From: a virus
Taxonomy: Duplodnaviria > Heunggongvirae > Uroviricota > Caudoviricetes
Strand: one strand, 5' to 3'
DNA length: 47,310 bases
Virus record (IMG/VR): IMGVR_UViG_2529292906_000014
Location: 1 to 47,310 of that record
The notes beneath the pieces were generated by a model that ran no database searches, was not told the origin of the DNA, and saw only the letters and a program-made list of their open reading frames with translations. A program made the position numbers and the translations under genes. This document shows, piece after piece, positions 1-9,449 of this stretch (position 1 is its first letter; every line of letters begins with the position of its first letter).

Positions 1-1254
1 ATGCTGGAACAAATGGGCATTGCCGCGAAGCAAGCCTCGTATAAATTAGCGCAACTCTCCAGCCGCGAAAAAAATCGCGTGCTGGAAAAAATCGCCGATG
101 AACTGGAAGCACAAAGCGAAATCATCCTCAACGCTAACGCCCAGGATGTTGCTGACGCGCGAGCCAATGGCCTTAGCGAAGCGATGCTTGACCGTCTGGC
201 ACTGACGCCCGCACGGCTGAAAGGCATTGCCGACGATGTACGTCAGGTGTGCAACCTCGCCGATCCGGTGGGGCAGGTAATCGATGGCGGCGTACTGGAC
301 AGCGGCCTGCGTCTTGAGCGTCGTCGCGTACCGCTGGGGGTTATTGGCGTGATTTATGAAGCGCGCCCGAACGTGACGGTTGATGTCGCTTCGCTGTGCC
401 TGAAAACCGGTAATGCGGTGATCCTGCGCGGTGGCAAAGAAACGTGTCGCACTAACGCTGCAACGGTGGCGGTGATTCAGGACGCCCTGAAATCCTGCGG
501 CTTACCGGCGGGTGCCGTGCAGGCGATTGATAATCCTGACCGTGCGCTGGTCAGTGAAATGCTGCGTATGGATAAATACATCGACATGCTGATCCCGCGT
601 GGTGGCGCTGGTTTGCATAAACTGTGCCGTGAACAGTCGACAATCCCGGTGATCACAGGTGGTATAGGCGTATGCCATATTTACGTTGATGAAAGTGTAG
701 AGATCGCTGAAGCATTAAAAGTGATCGTCAACGCGAAAACTCAGCGTCCGAGCACATGTAATACGGTTGAAACGTTGCTGGTGAATAAAAACATCGCCGA
801 TAGCTTCCTGCCCGCATTAAGCAAACAAATGGCGGAAAGCGGCGTGACATTACACGCAGATGCAGCTGCACTGGCGCAGTTGCAGGCAGGCCCTGCGAAG
901 GTGGTTGCTGTTAAAGCCGAAGAGTATGACGATGAGTTTCTGTCATTAGATTTGAACGTCAAAATCGTCAGCGATCTTGACGATGCCATCGCCCATATTC
1001 GTGAACACGGCACACAACACTCCGATGCGATCCTGACCCGCGATATGCGCAACGCCCAGCGTTTTGTTAACGAAGTGGATTCGTCCGCTGTTTACGTTAA
1101 CGCCTCTACGCGTTTTACCGACGGCGGCCAGTTTGGTCTGGGTGCGGAAGTGGCGGTAAGCACACAAAAACTCCACGCGCGTGGCCCAATGGGGCTGGAA
1201 GCACTGACCACTTACAAGTGGATCGGCATTGGTGATTACACCATTCGTGCGTAA
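1..1254 (+). CDS. proA: gamma-glutamyl phosphate reductase (glutamate-5-semialdehyde dehydrogenase)
   Basis: 417-aa ORF whose translation I recognise as enterobacterial ProA; ends 115 nt upstream of thrW, the known proA-thrW arrangement. Confidence 0.95.
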
Positions 1255-1368
1255 ATAAAACCGGGTGATGCAAAAGTAGCCATTTGATTCACAAGGCCAT
1301 TGACGCATCGCCCGGTTAGTTTTAACCTTGTCCACCGTGATTCACGTTCGTGAACATGTCCTTTCAGG

Positions 1369-1444
1369 GCCGATATAGCTCAGTTGGTAGAGCAGCGCAT
1401 TCGTAATGCGAAGGTCGTAGGTTCGACTCCTATTATCGGCACCA
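1369..1444 (+). tRNA. thrW: tRNA-Thr (anticodon CGU)
   Basis: 76-nt sequence GCCGATATAGCTCAGTTGGTAGAGCAGCGCATTCGTAATGCG...TTCGACTCCTATTATCGGCACCA with cloverleaf features, CGT anticodon loop and CCA end; known P22-type attachment site. Confidence 0.95.
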
Positions 1445-1458
1445 TTTAAATCAATAAG

Positions 1459-2622
1459 TTACACATCATTAGTACCTTCCTTATTTTTTGACTGGGACGA
1501 ATTTGGGACCGATGGGTTCAGGATCGAGTCTATTTGCCGTGCGTGTTCGGTAAGGTGATTAGGTGCAAGGTGAGCATATCGACGAACCATTTCGATAGAC
1601 TCCCAGCCTCCCATTTCCTGTAACACTGACAACGGGACTCCGGCTTGAACCAGCCAACTTGCCCAGGTGTGTCTCAAGTCGTGAAATCTGAAATCATCAA
1701 TACCAGCCCGTCTCAGCGCCGCTTTCCAGGCTGTGTTTGCGTCATACCGCATCTTCCTTACTGTTGGCGCTTTCGTTCCGTCTGGTTTGGTACAGCTTTC
1801 CTTGTACACAAATACCCAACGGTGATGATTCCCGATTTGTTTTTTCAAAACGCGACATGCAGTATCATTCAGCGCAACGCCAATTGCGCGGTTTGATTTA
1901 CTCTCTTCCGGGTTTATCCATGCCACCCGGCGCTGCATGTCTATTTGTTGCCATTCAAGGTTGATGATGTTCGAGCGTCTTAAGCCTGTTGCCAGTGCAA
2001 ATTCAACAACAGACTTTAATGGCTCCGGACATTCATCAATCAGCCTTTGTGCTTCATGGGGCTCCAGCCAGCGGATCCGTTTATTCTTTGGTTGAGGCAC
2101 TTTAATAATTGGTGCCTTATCCAGCATTTTCCATTCACGCTCTGCGGCTCTTAGTAGGGCCTTTATAAATGAAAGATGCGTAGCCTTCGTTGCAACGGAC
2201 GCTGGTTTTGGCGTGTATTCTGGAACAGGTTTCCCTTTTTTTCTGCATGCTTCTGCCCTGAGTCTCCAGTTTTCCTCATGACGCCGGTTCGTCATTTTCT
2301 GCATTGCTGAATAAATTTTTGATTCAGTAATGTCTCTTAGTTGCATTCCTGCGAAATGTTGAAGCCAGAATCCGATCCGGCTTTTGTCATCGTCCAGTGA
2401 TTTTTTATGTGCTTTCTCTTCAAGCCACCTGACACACGCTTCCTCGAACGTTATATCAGGTATTTCACCAAGTTTGCTGACCCGCCATGCTTCAGCCTTT
2501 AGCTTGTCATGGAGTTCTGTCGCCTGCCTTTTGTCCTTTGTTCCAAGAGACTGTTTAAATCTTTTACCGTTCGGCAATGTGAAACTGGCGTACCATATTT
2601 CACCTCTGCGGAAGAGTGACAT
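1459..2622 (-). CDS. int: tyrosine site-specific integrase, P22 Int-like
   Basis: 387-aa ORF starting [25 protein letters not shown]-terminal [10 protein letters not shown] and RRYAHL catalytic motifs; adjacent to thrW. Confidence 0.95.
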   Translation of the reverse strand: MSLFRRGEIWYASFTLPNGKRFKQSLGTKDKRQATELHDKLKAEAWRVSKLGEIPDITFEEACVRWLEEKAHKKSLDDDKSRIGFWLQHFAGMQLRDITESKIYSAMQKMTNRRHEENWRLRAEACRKKGKPVPEYTPKPASVATKATHLSFIKALLRAAEREWKMLDKAPIIKVPQPKNKRIRWLEPHEAQRLIDECPEPLKSVVEFALATGLRRSNIINLEWQQIDMQRRVAWINPEESKSNRAIGVALNDTACRVLKKQIGNHHRWVFVYKESCTKPDGTKAPTVRKMRYDANTAWKAALRRAGIDDFRFHDLRHTWASWLVQAGVPLSVLQEMGGWESIEMVRRYAHLAPNHLTEHARQIDSILNPSVPNSSQSKNKEGTNDV

Positions 2623-2849
2623 TTTCTTTCCTCTGTTATGCCATCACCCGCGCTCACCTGGACAGTATGCAGCGGAGACTGAAGAGCCGCAATGCAGGCT
2701 TGTCGTGTTGTGAGGTAAGGAGATTTATTCTTAGTGGGATCTTTGCGTGTTGCCTGAAGACGCCCTGTGCGTATCCAGTTAATGGCAGTCGGTCTGGATA
2801 TCTTGAGAAAATGACAGGCCTCATCGAGTGTGAGGCTGTATGGCTCCAT
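2499..2849 (-). CDS. xis: excisionase (P22 Xis-like)
   Basis: 116-aa product starting [27 protein letters not shown] (HTH); internal ATG chosen over the 144-aa ORF because its start overlaps the upstream stop as ATGA. Confidence 0.85.
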   Translation of the reverse strand: MEPYSLTLDEACHFLKISRPTAINWIRTGRLQATRKDPTKNKSPYLTTRQACIAALQSPLHTVQVSAGDGITEERKCHSSAEVKYGTPVSHCRTVKDLNSLLEQRTKGRRQNSMTS

Positions 2850-3154
2850 TATTTCACCTCTTGCTGTGACATTGTTGAAAAATGGATACCAGCTCGTTGC
2901 TGCCAGACGATCCAACCGAGAGTCATATCCCATGCCATGTATTCGTTATCGCCGTTTTTTGCTCTCCGACGATCTACTAAGTCACCGAAACGCTTTTCCA
3001 TGAATAATTCATAAGCTTCGCGTTCATCTGGTTCTACTTCCAGAGATAGGAGTGCGATTTCATAAGCACGGCGCTCAATATCGTCTCGCACGTCAAGGCT
3101 GCTGATACGCTCTTTAATTTCTTTAATCAGTTCTTTGTCGGTAAAAGTGGTCAT
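2849..3154 (-). CDS. hypothetical early protein, YfdT-like (101 aa)
   Basis: ORF size and position match CPS-53 yfdT; acidic small protein; tightly packed in leftward operon. Confidence 0.6.
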   Translation of the reverse strand: MTTFTDKELIKEIKERISSLDVRDDIERRAYEIALLSLEVEPDEREAYELFMEKRFGDLVDRRRAKNGDNEYMAWDMTLGWIVWQQRAGIHFSTMSQQEVK

Positions 3155-3516
3155 TATGCTCCAGCCTCCGGTGCTTTTGGCATTACTGCCCAGTGAGTGA
3201 TATTGACGTTTTCAAGGTCCCCAACCTGAAATGTCCACTGCCATTCTCCGGTTTCTTTTTGTCCCCAGGTGTACCAGAGAGAACGCCAACCAATTAGCCA
3301 GCCTTCTCCGTTAGCATCGAATAACAAAACACTTTCATTTGCTGGTGGCAGTTCAGTTGACACTGGTATTACTTTGTTTTCCTGTGCTGCACATTTAGCT
3401 TCAAGCGCATCGAATTTACGCACCAGGTATTCAGCATCTGTTTCATTTACTTTCAGATCTCGCGGTACACATCTCCCACGAAGAAACCCTTCCATTTCGA
3501 AAACATTCATGCGCAT
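3154..3516 (-). CDS. hypothetical early protein, YfdS-like (120 aa, possible DUF551)
   Basis: ORF with ATGA overlap to the upstream gene; Trp-rich C-terminal half typical of small phage early proteins. Confidence 0.6.
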   Translation of the reverse strand: MRMNVFEMEGFLRGRCVPRDLKVNETDAEYLVRKFDALEAKCAAQENKVIPVSTELPPANESVLLFDANGEGWLIGWRSLWYTWGQKETGEWQWTFQVGDLENVNITHWAVMPKAPEAGA

Positions 3517-4043
3517 TTGCGTAACTCCGATAACTCGTTAAAGCGTTCCATAAACATCCCGTAGGCATGGCCCGGTGCCAGTGGAATCACGTTGAACATC
3601 TCTGTTGCCGGGATACCTTCCAGTACAGGCCAGAAAGAGCCATCATCAAGCCCGAGATCGCGGCGTTCGGTTGCCAGCATGATGAGATCGGCATATTTCA
3701 CGGGCGTACTCATAACTGGGGGTAACCCGTATTTCTCACGGATTACGGCGTCTATTTTTTCTTCCATTTGTTTATAGTCAGGAAGAAGGCGTTTCAGTGG
3801 TGCGGGAATGTCCTGGCAATACGCTTCTGTTGCATCATGCATTAACGCTTCAAAAGCAAATTCCTGCGGCACCAACTGGCTGCAAAGAACCGCATGTTGG
3901 GCGACGCTGTAGAAGTGCGAAAGATGACCGGCAAAGCGACAGATATTTGAAAGGGAAACCGCGATATCGTTAATATCGATGTCGTCTTTATTTATCCTGT
4001 CATAATAAAAATGCTTCCCGGAAAAAGTTTTAATAAATGACAT
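3507..4043 (-). CDS. HD-domain phosphohydrolase, YfdR-like (178 aa)
   Basis: Internal ATG (MSFIKTF) preceded by GGAGAA; HD-type metal-binding residues (HLSHFYSVAQHAV, LMHDATEAY); length equals K-12 YfdR. Confidence 0.8.
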   Translation of the reverse strand: MSFIKTFSGKHFYYDRINKDDIDINDIAVSLSNICRFAGHLSHFYSVAQHAVLCSQLVPQEFAFEALMHDATEAYCQDIPAPLKRLLPDYKQMEEKIDAVIREKYGLPPVMSTPVKYADLIMLATERRDLGLDDGSFWPVLEGIPATEMFNVIPLAPGHAYGMFMERFNELSELRKCA

Positions 4044-4170
4044 TTTGTTCTCCACGTATATGCGCTGCACCGCGCTGAATTTTGGTTAAAGAAAACCCTC
4101 GCCATCAGGCGATTATTGAGTTAATTACGTTTCTATAAATGCCCCCGCAGGGGCATTTGCAGTAATGAAA

Positions 4171-4995
4171 TCAGGCGGTGAAAGTACCAATAAAGGTTTC
4201 TACTTTGCTGTCTTTGAATTTTTCAACAAGCAGATTACGAAATTCGTTAGCCATTTCTTCCTGTACTGCTTCCAGCTGAATAATGCGCAGAACCAGTACA
4301 GGGCGATCACCAGTGATAATGCTGAGGCGTAATTTAAACGGACGTTCTTTCAGGCCTTCAAACGGAACGCATTTAAACTCAAATGCTACTGGCATAATGT
4401 CTTTAGTTTTCGCTTCGACAGACTCCATCAGAGAGCGTTTGCCGCTGAAGTCATTGTCTTCAAAATCAGCGGTCTGGTTTGCTTCAATCGTGATTTTACG
4501 GACCGCCGCAGCCGCTTTTGTTGCCTGAATGGCGTCACCATTAGCATCAAAGCCCACAAGGTAGTCGGCCCAGTCTTCAATCCATTCTGCCAGTGACTTC
4601 TGGGAGTTACGCTCGCCGTTAACAGACAACAGGGCAGAGAACGGTGCTGTCTTTTTCAGTTTGAGAGTGGCGGTGTTATCTGCGTGACCTGGTTCATCAA
4701 TAGTACCCAGGTTAAGCACACTGACGGCTCGCATATTATCAGCATCGATAAAGCAGCGGGTGCCTTCATCTGCAAGATCTTTAGAATAACGGGTAAAGTC
4801 ATCGATGCTGGCAGTGGAAAGCGCACCACGGAAACGGAAGCGATTTAAATTAAATTTTTCCAGATCATGAATGCGGAAATTCTCAGGCAATGCCACAGCA
4901 TCGGCACCAATCTTACTGATAATTTCATTAACACCCTGAGCAGAAATAAGGGCATGGATTTGATTAATTTCGGTTGCGTCTAAGTTCTGAGACAT
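4171..4995 (-). CDS. DUF2303 family protein, YfdQ-like (274 aa)
   Basis: 274-aa ORF, same length and gene order as CPS-53 yfdQ; hairpin terminator downstream. Confidence 0.75.
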   Translation of the reverse strand: MSQNLDATEINQIHALISAQGVNEIISKIGADAVALPENFRIHDLEKFNLNRFRFRGALSTASIDDFTRYSKDLADEGTRCFIDADNMRAVSVLNLGTIDEPGHADNTATLKLKKTAPFSALLSVNGERNSQKSLAEWIEDWADYLVGFDANGDAIQATKAAAAVRKITIEANQTADFEDNDFSGKRSLMESVEAKTKDIMPVAFEFKCVPFEGLKERPFKLRLSIITGDRPVLVLRIIQLEAVQEEMANEFRNLLVEKFKDSKVETFIGTFTA

Positions 4996-5060
4996 AATAA
5001 GTCCTCACTATATAAAGATATTCAGTGATGAGATAAATAATCAGTTAATTAAGAACGATA

Positions 5061-5423
5061 TTAATGACCTGCTGCGCGGAGTTTTCCGTCAGGTTCACCG
5101 GCAAGAGTCAGTAATTGTCCCTGGTCTTCCTGCAGAATAGTCAGGCGACCACCGCGATTGACATACATCGGTGTTTCGGTGGTGTCTTCTTCGGAAATTT
5201 TCCCGCGGTTAGTCGGGCGAACATATGAGAGTTTGTGTTTGATTTTCACACGGTTCTCATCAAATGGTTCGATTTCCAGGTTGAGCGAGACCTTACCTTT
5301 GGTTTTCGTGTTCATCACACCGGAAGCGACTTCACTGAGAACTGCGCCGATTTTGGTTTCAAATACGCCGCCGTCCAGCTCCCCGATAAATGCCTGCACA
5401 TCAGTACTGCGTTCGCTAGCCAT
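5061..5423 (-). CDS. hypothetical protein, YfdP-like (120 aa)
   Basis: Internal start MASERSTDVQAF preceded by GAGGAG; the upstream extension of the 182-aa ORF looks non-coding. Confidence 0.6.
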   Translation of the reverse strand: MASERSTDVQAFIGELDGGVFETKIGAVLSEVASGVMNTKTKGKVSLNLEIEPFDENRVKIKHKLSYVRPTNRGKISEEDTTETPMYVNRGGRLTILQEDQGQLLTLAGEPDGKLRAAGH

Positions 5424-6035
5424 TTTGCTGCTCCTCATCATATCGACCCTGCAAGGTCGGTTAGTTTCTCCACAAAACAGAGAAGAACACCTGCGGTGGC
5501 AGCCGCCCGGATGGATTGGGTTATGAGCCCGTCGTCCGGTGATGCTCTTCTCTGTTTTGTAAAAAGAGCGGTACCAGCCGGAAGCAAGTGTACAAACTGG
5601 TACCGCCAAAGCAGTGGCTGTTGTGGTGACCGGTGCTGATCTCCGGCTTGCGGTTATTTCAGACTCTCACGGGCGTTTAATTGCCCCGCCGAACAGCTCT
5701 TTTCCGCAATAGCTGCAATGTCTTTCGCGCATCAGTCTGCGCATTCACCACAACGCTGAGAGCACTTAGCCAGTTACGGCACCACACTTTGTCGCGGTTC
5801 CATAAATGCCCTCATCGTTGCACCCTGGTCTCTTCCCAGGCGTCAAACCGAATCGCCACGCTGGTTAGGCGTCTTATCAGCATCATCATTGACTTGCACA
5901 TTCCGGCTACCTGGTTTGTTTGCTCGAGCAAGGAGTGGATTGTCCCCTTTAACGTCACCAGACCGCTAACGACGCATGTGCCATACGCCGTGTTACAACC
6001 AAATTTTGTTTTAATCTTGCCTGTGTTATGTTTCT

Positions 6036-6075
6036 TTTAGATACATTATGTATCTCATGGGTACATTGTCAAGTA
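6036..6075 (-). promoter_or_regulatory. candidate pL promoter with OL operator (palindrome GATACAT-T-ATGTATC)
   Basis: On minus strand TTGACA, 16-bp spacer, CATAAT; perfect 7-bp inverted repeat overlaps the -10; sits just past the cI terminator. Confidence 0.4.
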
Positions 6076-6099
6076 TAAAAAAACCTGCCGAAGCAGGTT
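6075..6099 (-). terminator. intrinsic terminator downstream of cI
   Basis: Hairpin AACCTGC-cgaa-GCAGGTT followed on minus strand by a run of 7 T. Confidence 0.7.
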
Positions 6100-6111
6100 C
6101 ATAAATATTGA

Positions 6112-6786
6112 TTAGGCCTTTATTGTGTATCTTCTTGGTTTTCCCGAGAAAATCACTGTACCAATTATAGAGCAATTACCGTTAATCTTAATGTAAGGCT
6201 CAGGCCAGTTTGGGTTTAATGCTTTGAGATAACGCTGTGTTCCATCTTCTATCAATCGCTTGAAGGTGGTTTCGCCTGTATCGTGCATCAATGCAATAAC
6301 GTCGTCACCGTGGCAGGCAGGGACTTCGGGATCAACAAAAATCATGTCTCCAGGGCGGTACTCATCAATCATTGAATCACCAATCACCCGCAAGATATAA
6401 GTCATTTCGCCACAGGGTACAGGGCAGGGATACGTTTCTGCTGTGCTCAAATCAACCTCAGAATAGCCAACTTCTTTCCATGCTCCGGCCTGTACCCATG
6501 ATATGACAGGGACTAACGTTATTTGTTTGTTAGTGATTGAAACATCAGGTTTTTTTGTGATGTTCGTTGTCTGGTGTTCTTGATCAAGCCATCCGACAGG
6601 CAGGTCGAAACATTTTTCGATGTGCCGTGCCATGCTGTCACCGATATTTTTAGTAGCGCCATCCCCCATAAACCTGCTGGTTTGGGTTGGCTCGCGATCA
6701 ATCATGGTGGCAAAGGATGAATTTCCGCCAACACCATCTCTCAGTTTTCTGGCGTTAGACCGCCGGATGTCATGGATTGTTTTCAT
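6112..6786 (-). CDS. cI: CI-type prophage repressor (HTH plus S24 LexA-like peptidase domain)
   Basis: 224 aa; C-terminal S24 domain (LRVIGDSMIDEY..., ...SIIGTVIFSGKP); divergent from cro; no SD upstream, consistent with a leaderless transcript. Confidence 0.9.
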   Translation of the reverse strand: MKTIHDIRRSNARKLRDGVGGNSSFATMIDREPTQTSRFMGDGATKNIGDSMARHIEKCFDLPVGWLDQEHQTTNITKKPDVSITNKQITLVPVISWVQAGAWKEVGYSEVDLSTAETYPCPVPCGEMTYILRVIGDSMIDEYRPGDMIFVDPEVPACHGDDVIALMHDTGETTFKRLIEDGTQRYLKALNPNWPEPYIKINGNCSIIGTVIFSGKPRRYTIKA

Positions 6787-6876
6787 AACGAAATTAAAAC
6801 CTTTGTACCGATAAGGTACAAGTATCTTGAAGGTTCATTTCAATCATGTAATATGTATACCGGAGGTACATATTGT
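6787..6876. promoter_or_regulatory. cI-cro intergenic switch region with operator-like palindrome TTGTACC-GATAA-GGTACAA and candidate pR
   Basis: 19-bp palindrome at 6803-6821; TTGAAG, 16-bp spacer, TAATAT, then GGAGG and ATG of cro at 6877. Confidence 0.5.
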
Positions 6877-7077
6877 ATGAAAGCGTATTGGGACTCTTTA
6901 ACCAAAGAACAGCAGGGCGAGTTGGCCGGAAAAGTTGGCTCAACACCTGGCTACTTACGGCTGGTTTTCAATGGTTATAAAAAAGCCAGTTTTGTGCTGG
7001 CTAAAAAACTTGAGCAATGCACGTCAGGTGCAATTACGAAATCTGACTTAAGACCGGATATCTATCCGAAAGATTAA
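6877..7077 (+). CDS. cro: Cro-like HTH regulator (66 aa)
   Basis: Internal ATG at 6877 with GGAGG 10 nt upstream; small HTH protein divergent from cI. Confidence 0.8.
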   Translation: MKAYWDSLTKEQQGELAGKVGSTPGYLRLVFNGYKKASFVLAKKLEQCTSGAITKSDLRPDIYPKD

Positions 7078-7108
7078 CAGAACACCTTCAATTTTTAACC
7101 ACAGAACG

Positions 7109-7672
7109 ATGAGGCTAACCGTGGGTAAGTATCACTGGAAAGTAGAAAAACAGCCTGAGTGGTACGTGAAAGCTGTCAGAAAAACTATCGCAGCGTTGCC
7201 GGGTGGTTACGCTGAAGCAGCTGACTGGCTGGATGTAACAGAGAACGCATTATTTAACCGCCTTCGTGCCTATGGCGATCAGATTTTCCCGCTGGGATGG
7301 GCAATGGTTTTACAGCGCGCGGCTGGCACTCACTACATTGCGGATGCTGTCGCACAGTCTGCTGGTGGGGTGTTCGTATCGCTTCCTGAAATTGAGGAAG
7401 TAGAGAACGCCGATATAAACCAGCGCCTGCTGGAAGTCATTGAACAGATCGGCAGTTATTCAAAACAGATTCGTTCAGCAATTGAAGACGGTGTAGTGGA
7501 ACCGAATGAGAAGACAGCAATTAACGACGAGCTGTACCTCTCAATTTCGAAGCTGCAGGAGCATGCAGCACTGGTCTACAAAATTTTTTGCATTTCAGAA
7601 AGTAATGACGCCCGCGAGTGTGCAGCTCCGGGCGCCGTGGCGTGTCGTGACTGTGGAGAAACTAACGCATGA
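7109..7672 (+). CDS. CII-like regulatory protein (tentative)
   Basis: 187-aa ORF immediately after cro, the usual cII position; family call is from memory and uncertain. Confidence 0.45.
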   Translation: MRLTVGKYHWKVEKQPEWYVKAVRKTIAALPGGYAEAADWLDVTENALFNRLRAYGDQIFPLGWAMVLQRAAGTHYIADAVAQSAGGVFVSLPEIEEVENADINQRLLEVIEQIGSYSKQIRSAIEDGVVEPNEKTAINDELYLSISKLQEHAALVYKIFCISESNDARECAAPGAVACRDCGETNA

Positions 7673-8007
7673 ACAGTTTAACAACACACTACCGTCGCTC
7701 GCAACTGATTGCGCTTCCTGTACCGGGTGGAAAAGCGAAGGTGGAGTATTGCTATGCAGTAAATGTACCAGGTGACAGGGAAATTGTAACCCACAGCTTT
7801 GCAGAGTGGGCTGTGGGTGATTTCAACCGGCAGAAGGAGACAGTCCTTTGCGACAAGTTAACCGCTGGTTCAAAGATCACTACGGAGTGCCCGTCAGAGT
7901 CATTCGTTGGGAGCCGGAAACACAACGGGTTATCTACCTCCGCGAAGGCTATGAGCATGAGTGCTTCAGCCCGCTCGAACAGTTTCGTCGTAAATTCAGG
8001 GAAGTAG
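7669..8007 (+). CDS. hypothetical protein; frame uncertain in the 3' half
   Basis: 112-aa ORF; a second frame over 7821-8027 reads more protein-like ([54 protein letters not shown]). Confidence 0.3.
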   Translation: MNSLTTHYRRSQLIALPVPGGKAKVEYCYAVNVPGDREIVTHSFAEWAVGDFNRQKETVLCDKLTAGSKITTECPSESFVGSRKHNGLSTSAKAMSMSASARSNSFVVNSGK

Positions 8008-8016
8008 AGGTCGGTC

Positions 8017-8958
8017 ATGAGCACTAAATTAACCGGCTATGTATGGGATGGTTGCGCTGCATCAGGCATGAAATTATCCAGCGTGGCAATTATGGCCCGC
8101 CTGGCTGATTTCAGTAATGACGAAGGTGTGTGCTGGCCATCAATTGAAACCATTGCCCGTCAGATTGGCGCGGGGATGAGTACCGTCAGAACGGCTATCG
8201 CACGGCTGGAAGCAGAAGGCTGGTTAACGCGTAAGGCGCGTCGCCAGGGTAACCGCAATGCGTCGAATGTTTATCAGCTTAACGTTGCGAAGCTTCAGGC
8301 AGCGGCATTTTCTCAACTGTCAGATTCTGACCCGTCAAAATCTGACGCATCAAAATCTGACACGTCAAAATTTGATGCGTCGAAATCTGGCAAAAAAGCG
8401 GGTTTTCACCCGTCAGAATCTGGCGGGGATCCGTCAGTAAAATCAAAACATGATCCGTCAGATAAAAAACCTTCTCGTCCGGACGCTTCGCAACCGGACA
8501 CGCAGACGGCTGAACAGGATTTTTTAACTCGCCATCCTGATGCGGTTGTATTCAGCCCTAAAAAGCGCCAGTGGGGAACGCAGGATGATTTGACCTGCGC
8601 ACAGTGGCTCTGGAAAAAAATCATTGCCCTGTACGAGCAGGCCGCCGAATGTGACGGCGAGGTGGTTCGTCCCAAAGAACCGAACTGGACAGCATGGGCA
8701 AACGAAATTCGCCTGATGTGTGTGCAGGATGGTCGTACTCACAAACAAATCTGCGAGATGTACAGCCGCGTCAGCCGCGATCCGTTCTGGTGCCGTAACG
8801 TGCTCAGCCCGTCGAAGTTGCGGGAAAAATGGGATGAGCTTTCCCTGCGCTTATCGCCGTCCGTCAGCACGCACACAGAAAAACGTGAAGACCCGTACTT
8901 CAAAGCCAGTTACGACAACGTGGACTACAGCCAGATCCCGGCAGGATTCAGGGGGTGA
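8017..8958 (+). CDS. replication initiation protein (N-terminal HTH, internal iterons, DnaT-like C-terminus)
   Basis: 313 aa; C-terminus ...DYSQIPAGFRG matches the DnaT C-terminal motif; tandem 15-bp repeats in the coding sequence. Confidence 0.85.
   Translation: MSTKLTGYVWDGCAASGMKLSSVAIMARLADFSNDEGVCWPSIETIARQIGAGMSTVRTAIARLEAEGWLTRKARRQGNRNASNVYQLNVAKLQAAAFSQLSDSDPSKSDASKSDTSKFDASKSGKKAGFHPSESGGDPSVKSKHDPSDKKPSRPDASQPDTQTAEQDFLTRHPDAVVFSPKKRQWGTQDDLTCAQWLWKKIIALYEQAAECDGEVVRPKEPNWTAWANEIRLMCVQDGRTHKQICEMYSRVSRDPFWCRNVLSPSKLREKWDELSLRLSPSVSTHTEKREDPYFKASYDNVDYSQIPAGFRG
8330..8423 (+). repeat. iterons (candidate replication origin) inside the replication gene
   Basis: Four tandem 15-bp units (cccgtcaaaatctga, cgcatcaaaatctga, cacgtcaaaatttga, tgcgtcgaaatctgg), an A-rich spacer, then ccgtcagaatctggc; in frame, giving SKSDA/SKSDT repeats. 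Confidence 0.6.
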
Positions 8959-8960
8959 TC

Positions 8961-9449
8961 ATGAGTCTTTTGAATGACGTTCAGAAATTCATTGAAGCCC
9001 ATCCGGGCTGTACTTCCGGAGACATTGCGGATGCTTTTGCAGGTTACTCACGGCAGCGCGTTCTGCAGTCAGCAAGCAAGTTACGTCAGAGTGGGCGTGT
9101 GGCTCACCGTTGTGAAGGAGATACACACAGACATTTCCCGCGCCTGACTGAGAGAGCGCAGGATCCGGAACCACAACCAGTTCGTGAAACCAGACCTGTG
9201 CGCAATTTCTATGTCGGCACTAACGACCCGCGGGTGATTTTGTGCCTGACCCGCCAGGCGGAAGAACTGGAGTCCAGGGGCTTATACCGTCGTGCTGCAA
9301 CGGTGTGGATGGCGGCATTCCGTGAAAGCCACTCCCAGCCAGAACGAAACAATTTTCTGGCGCGTCGTGAACGGTGTTTACGGAAAAGCAGTAAGCGGGC
9401 TGCATCAGGTGAAGAGTGGTATCTCTCAGGGAATTACGTGGGGGCTTAA
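8961..9449 (+). CDS. putative transcriptional regulator, PerC-like C-terminal region (tentative)
   Basis: ATG at 8961 after a GGGGG tract; motif AEELESRGLYRRAATVWMAAF resembles PerC-family proteins. Confidence 0.45.
   Translation: MSLLNDVQKFIEAHPGCTSGDIADAFAGYSRQRVLQSASKLRQSGRVAHRCEGDTHRHFPRLTERAQDPEPQPVRETRPVRNFYVGTNDPRVILCLTRQAEELESRGLYRRAATVWMAAFRESHSQPERNNFLARRERCLRKSSKRAASGEEWYLSGNYVGA

Noticed and set aside
741-1335. Two antisense ORFs overlapping proA
   Set aside because: Fully explained by the proA coding frame on the plus strand
5681-6040. 119-aa plus-strand ORF in the pL leader region
   Set aside because: Sense-opposite to the expected leftward transcription, no RBS, and a low-complexity Cys/Arg/Ser-rich translation
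5424-6111. Search for an N antiterminator gene left of cI
   Set aside because: Only 25-30 aa ORFs without an Arg-rich motif were found; reported instead as a finding about the ORF-free leader
6772-6876. N-terminal extension of cro to a 101-aa ORF
   Set aside because: It would overlap the cI start and the operator region; the internal ATG at 6877 has a GGAGG RBS
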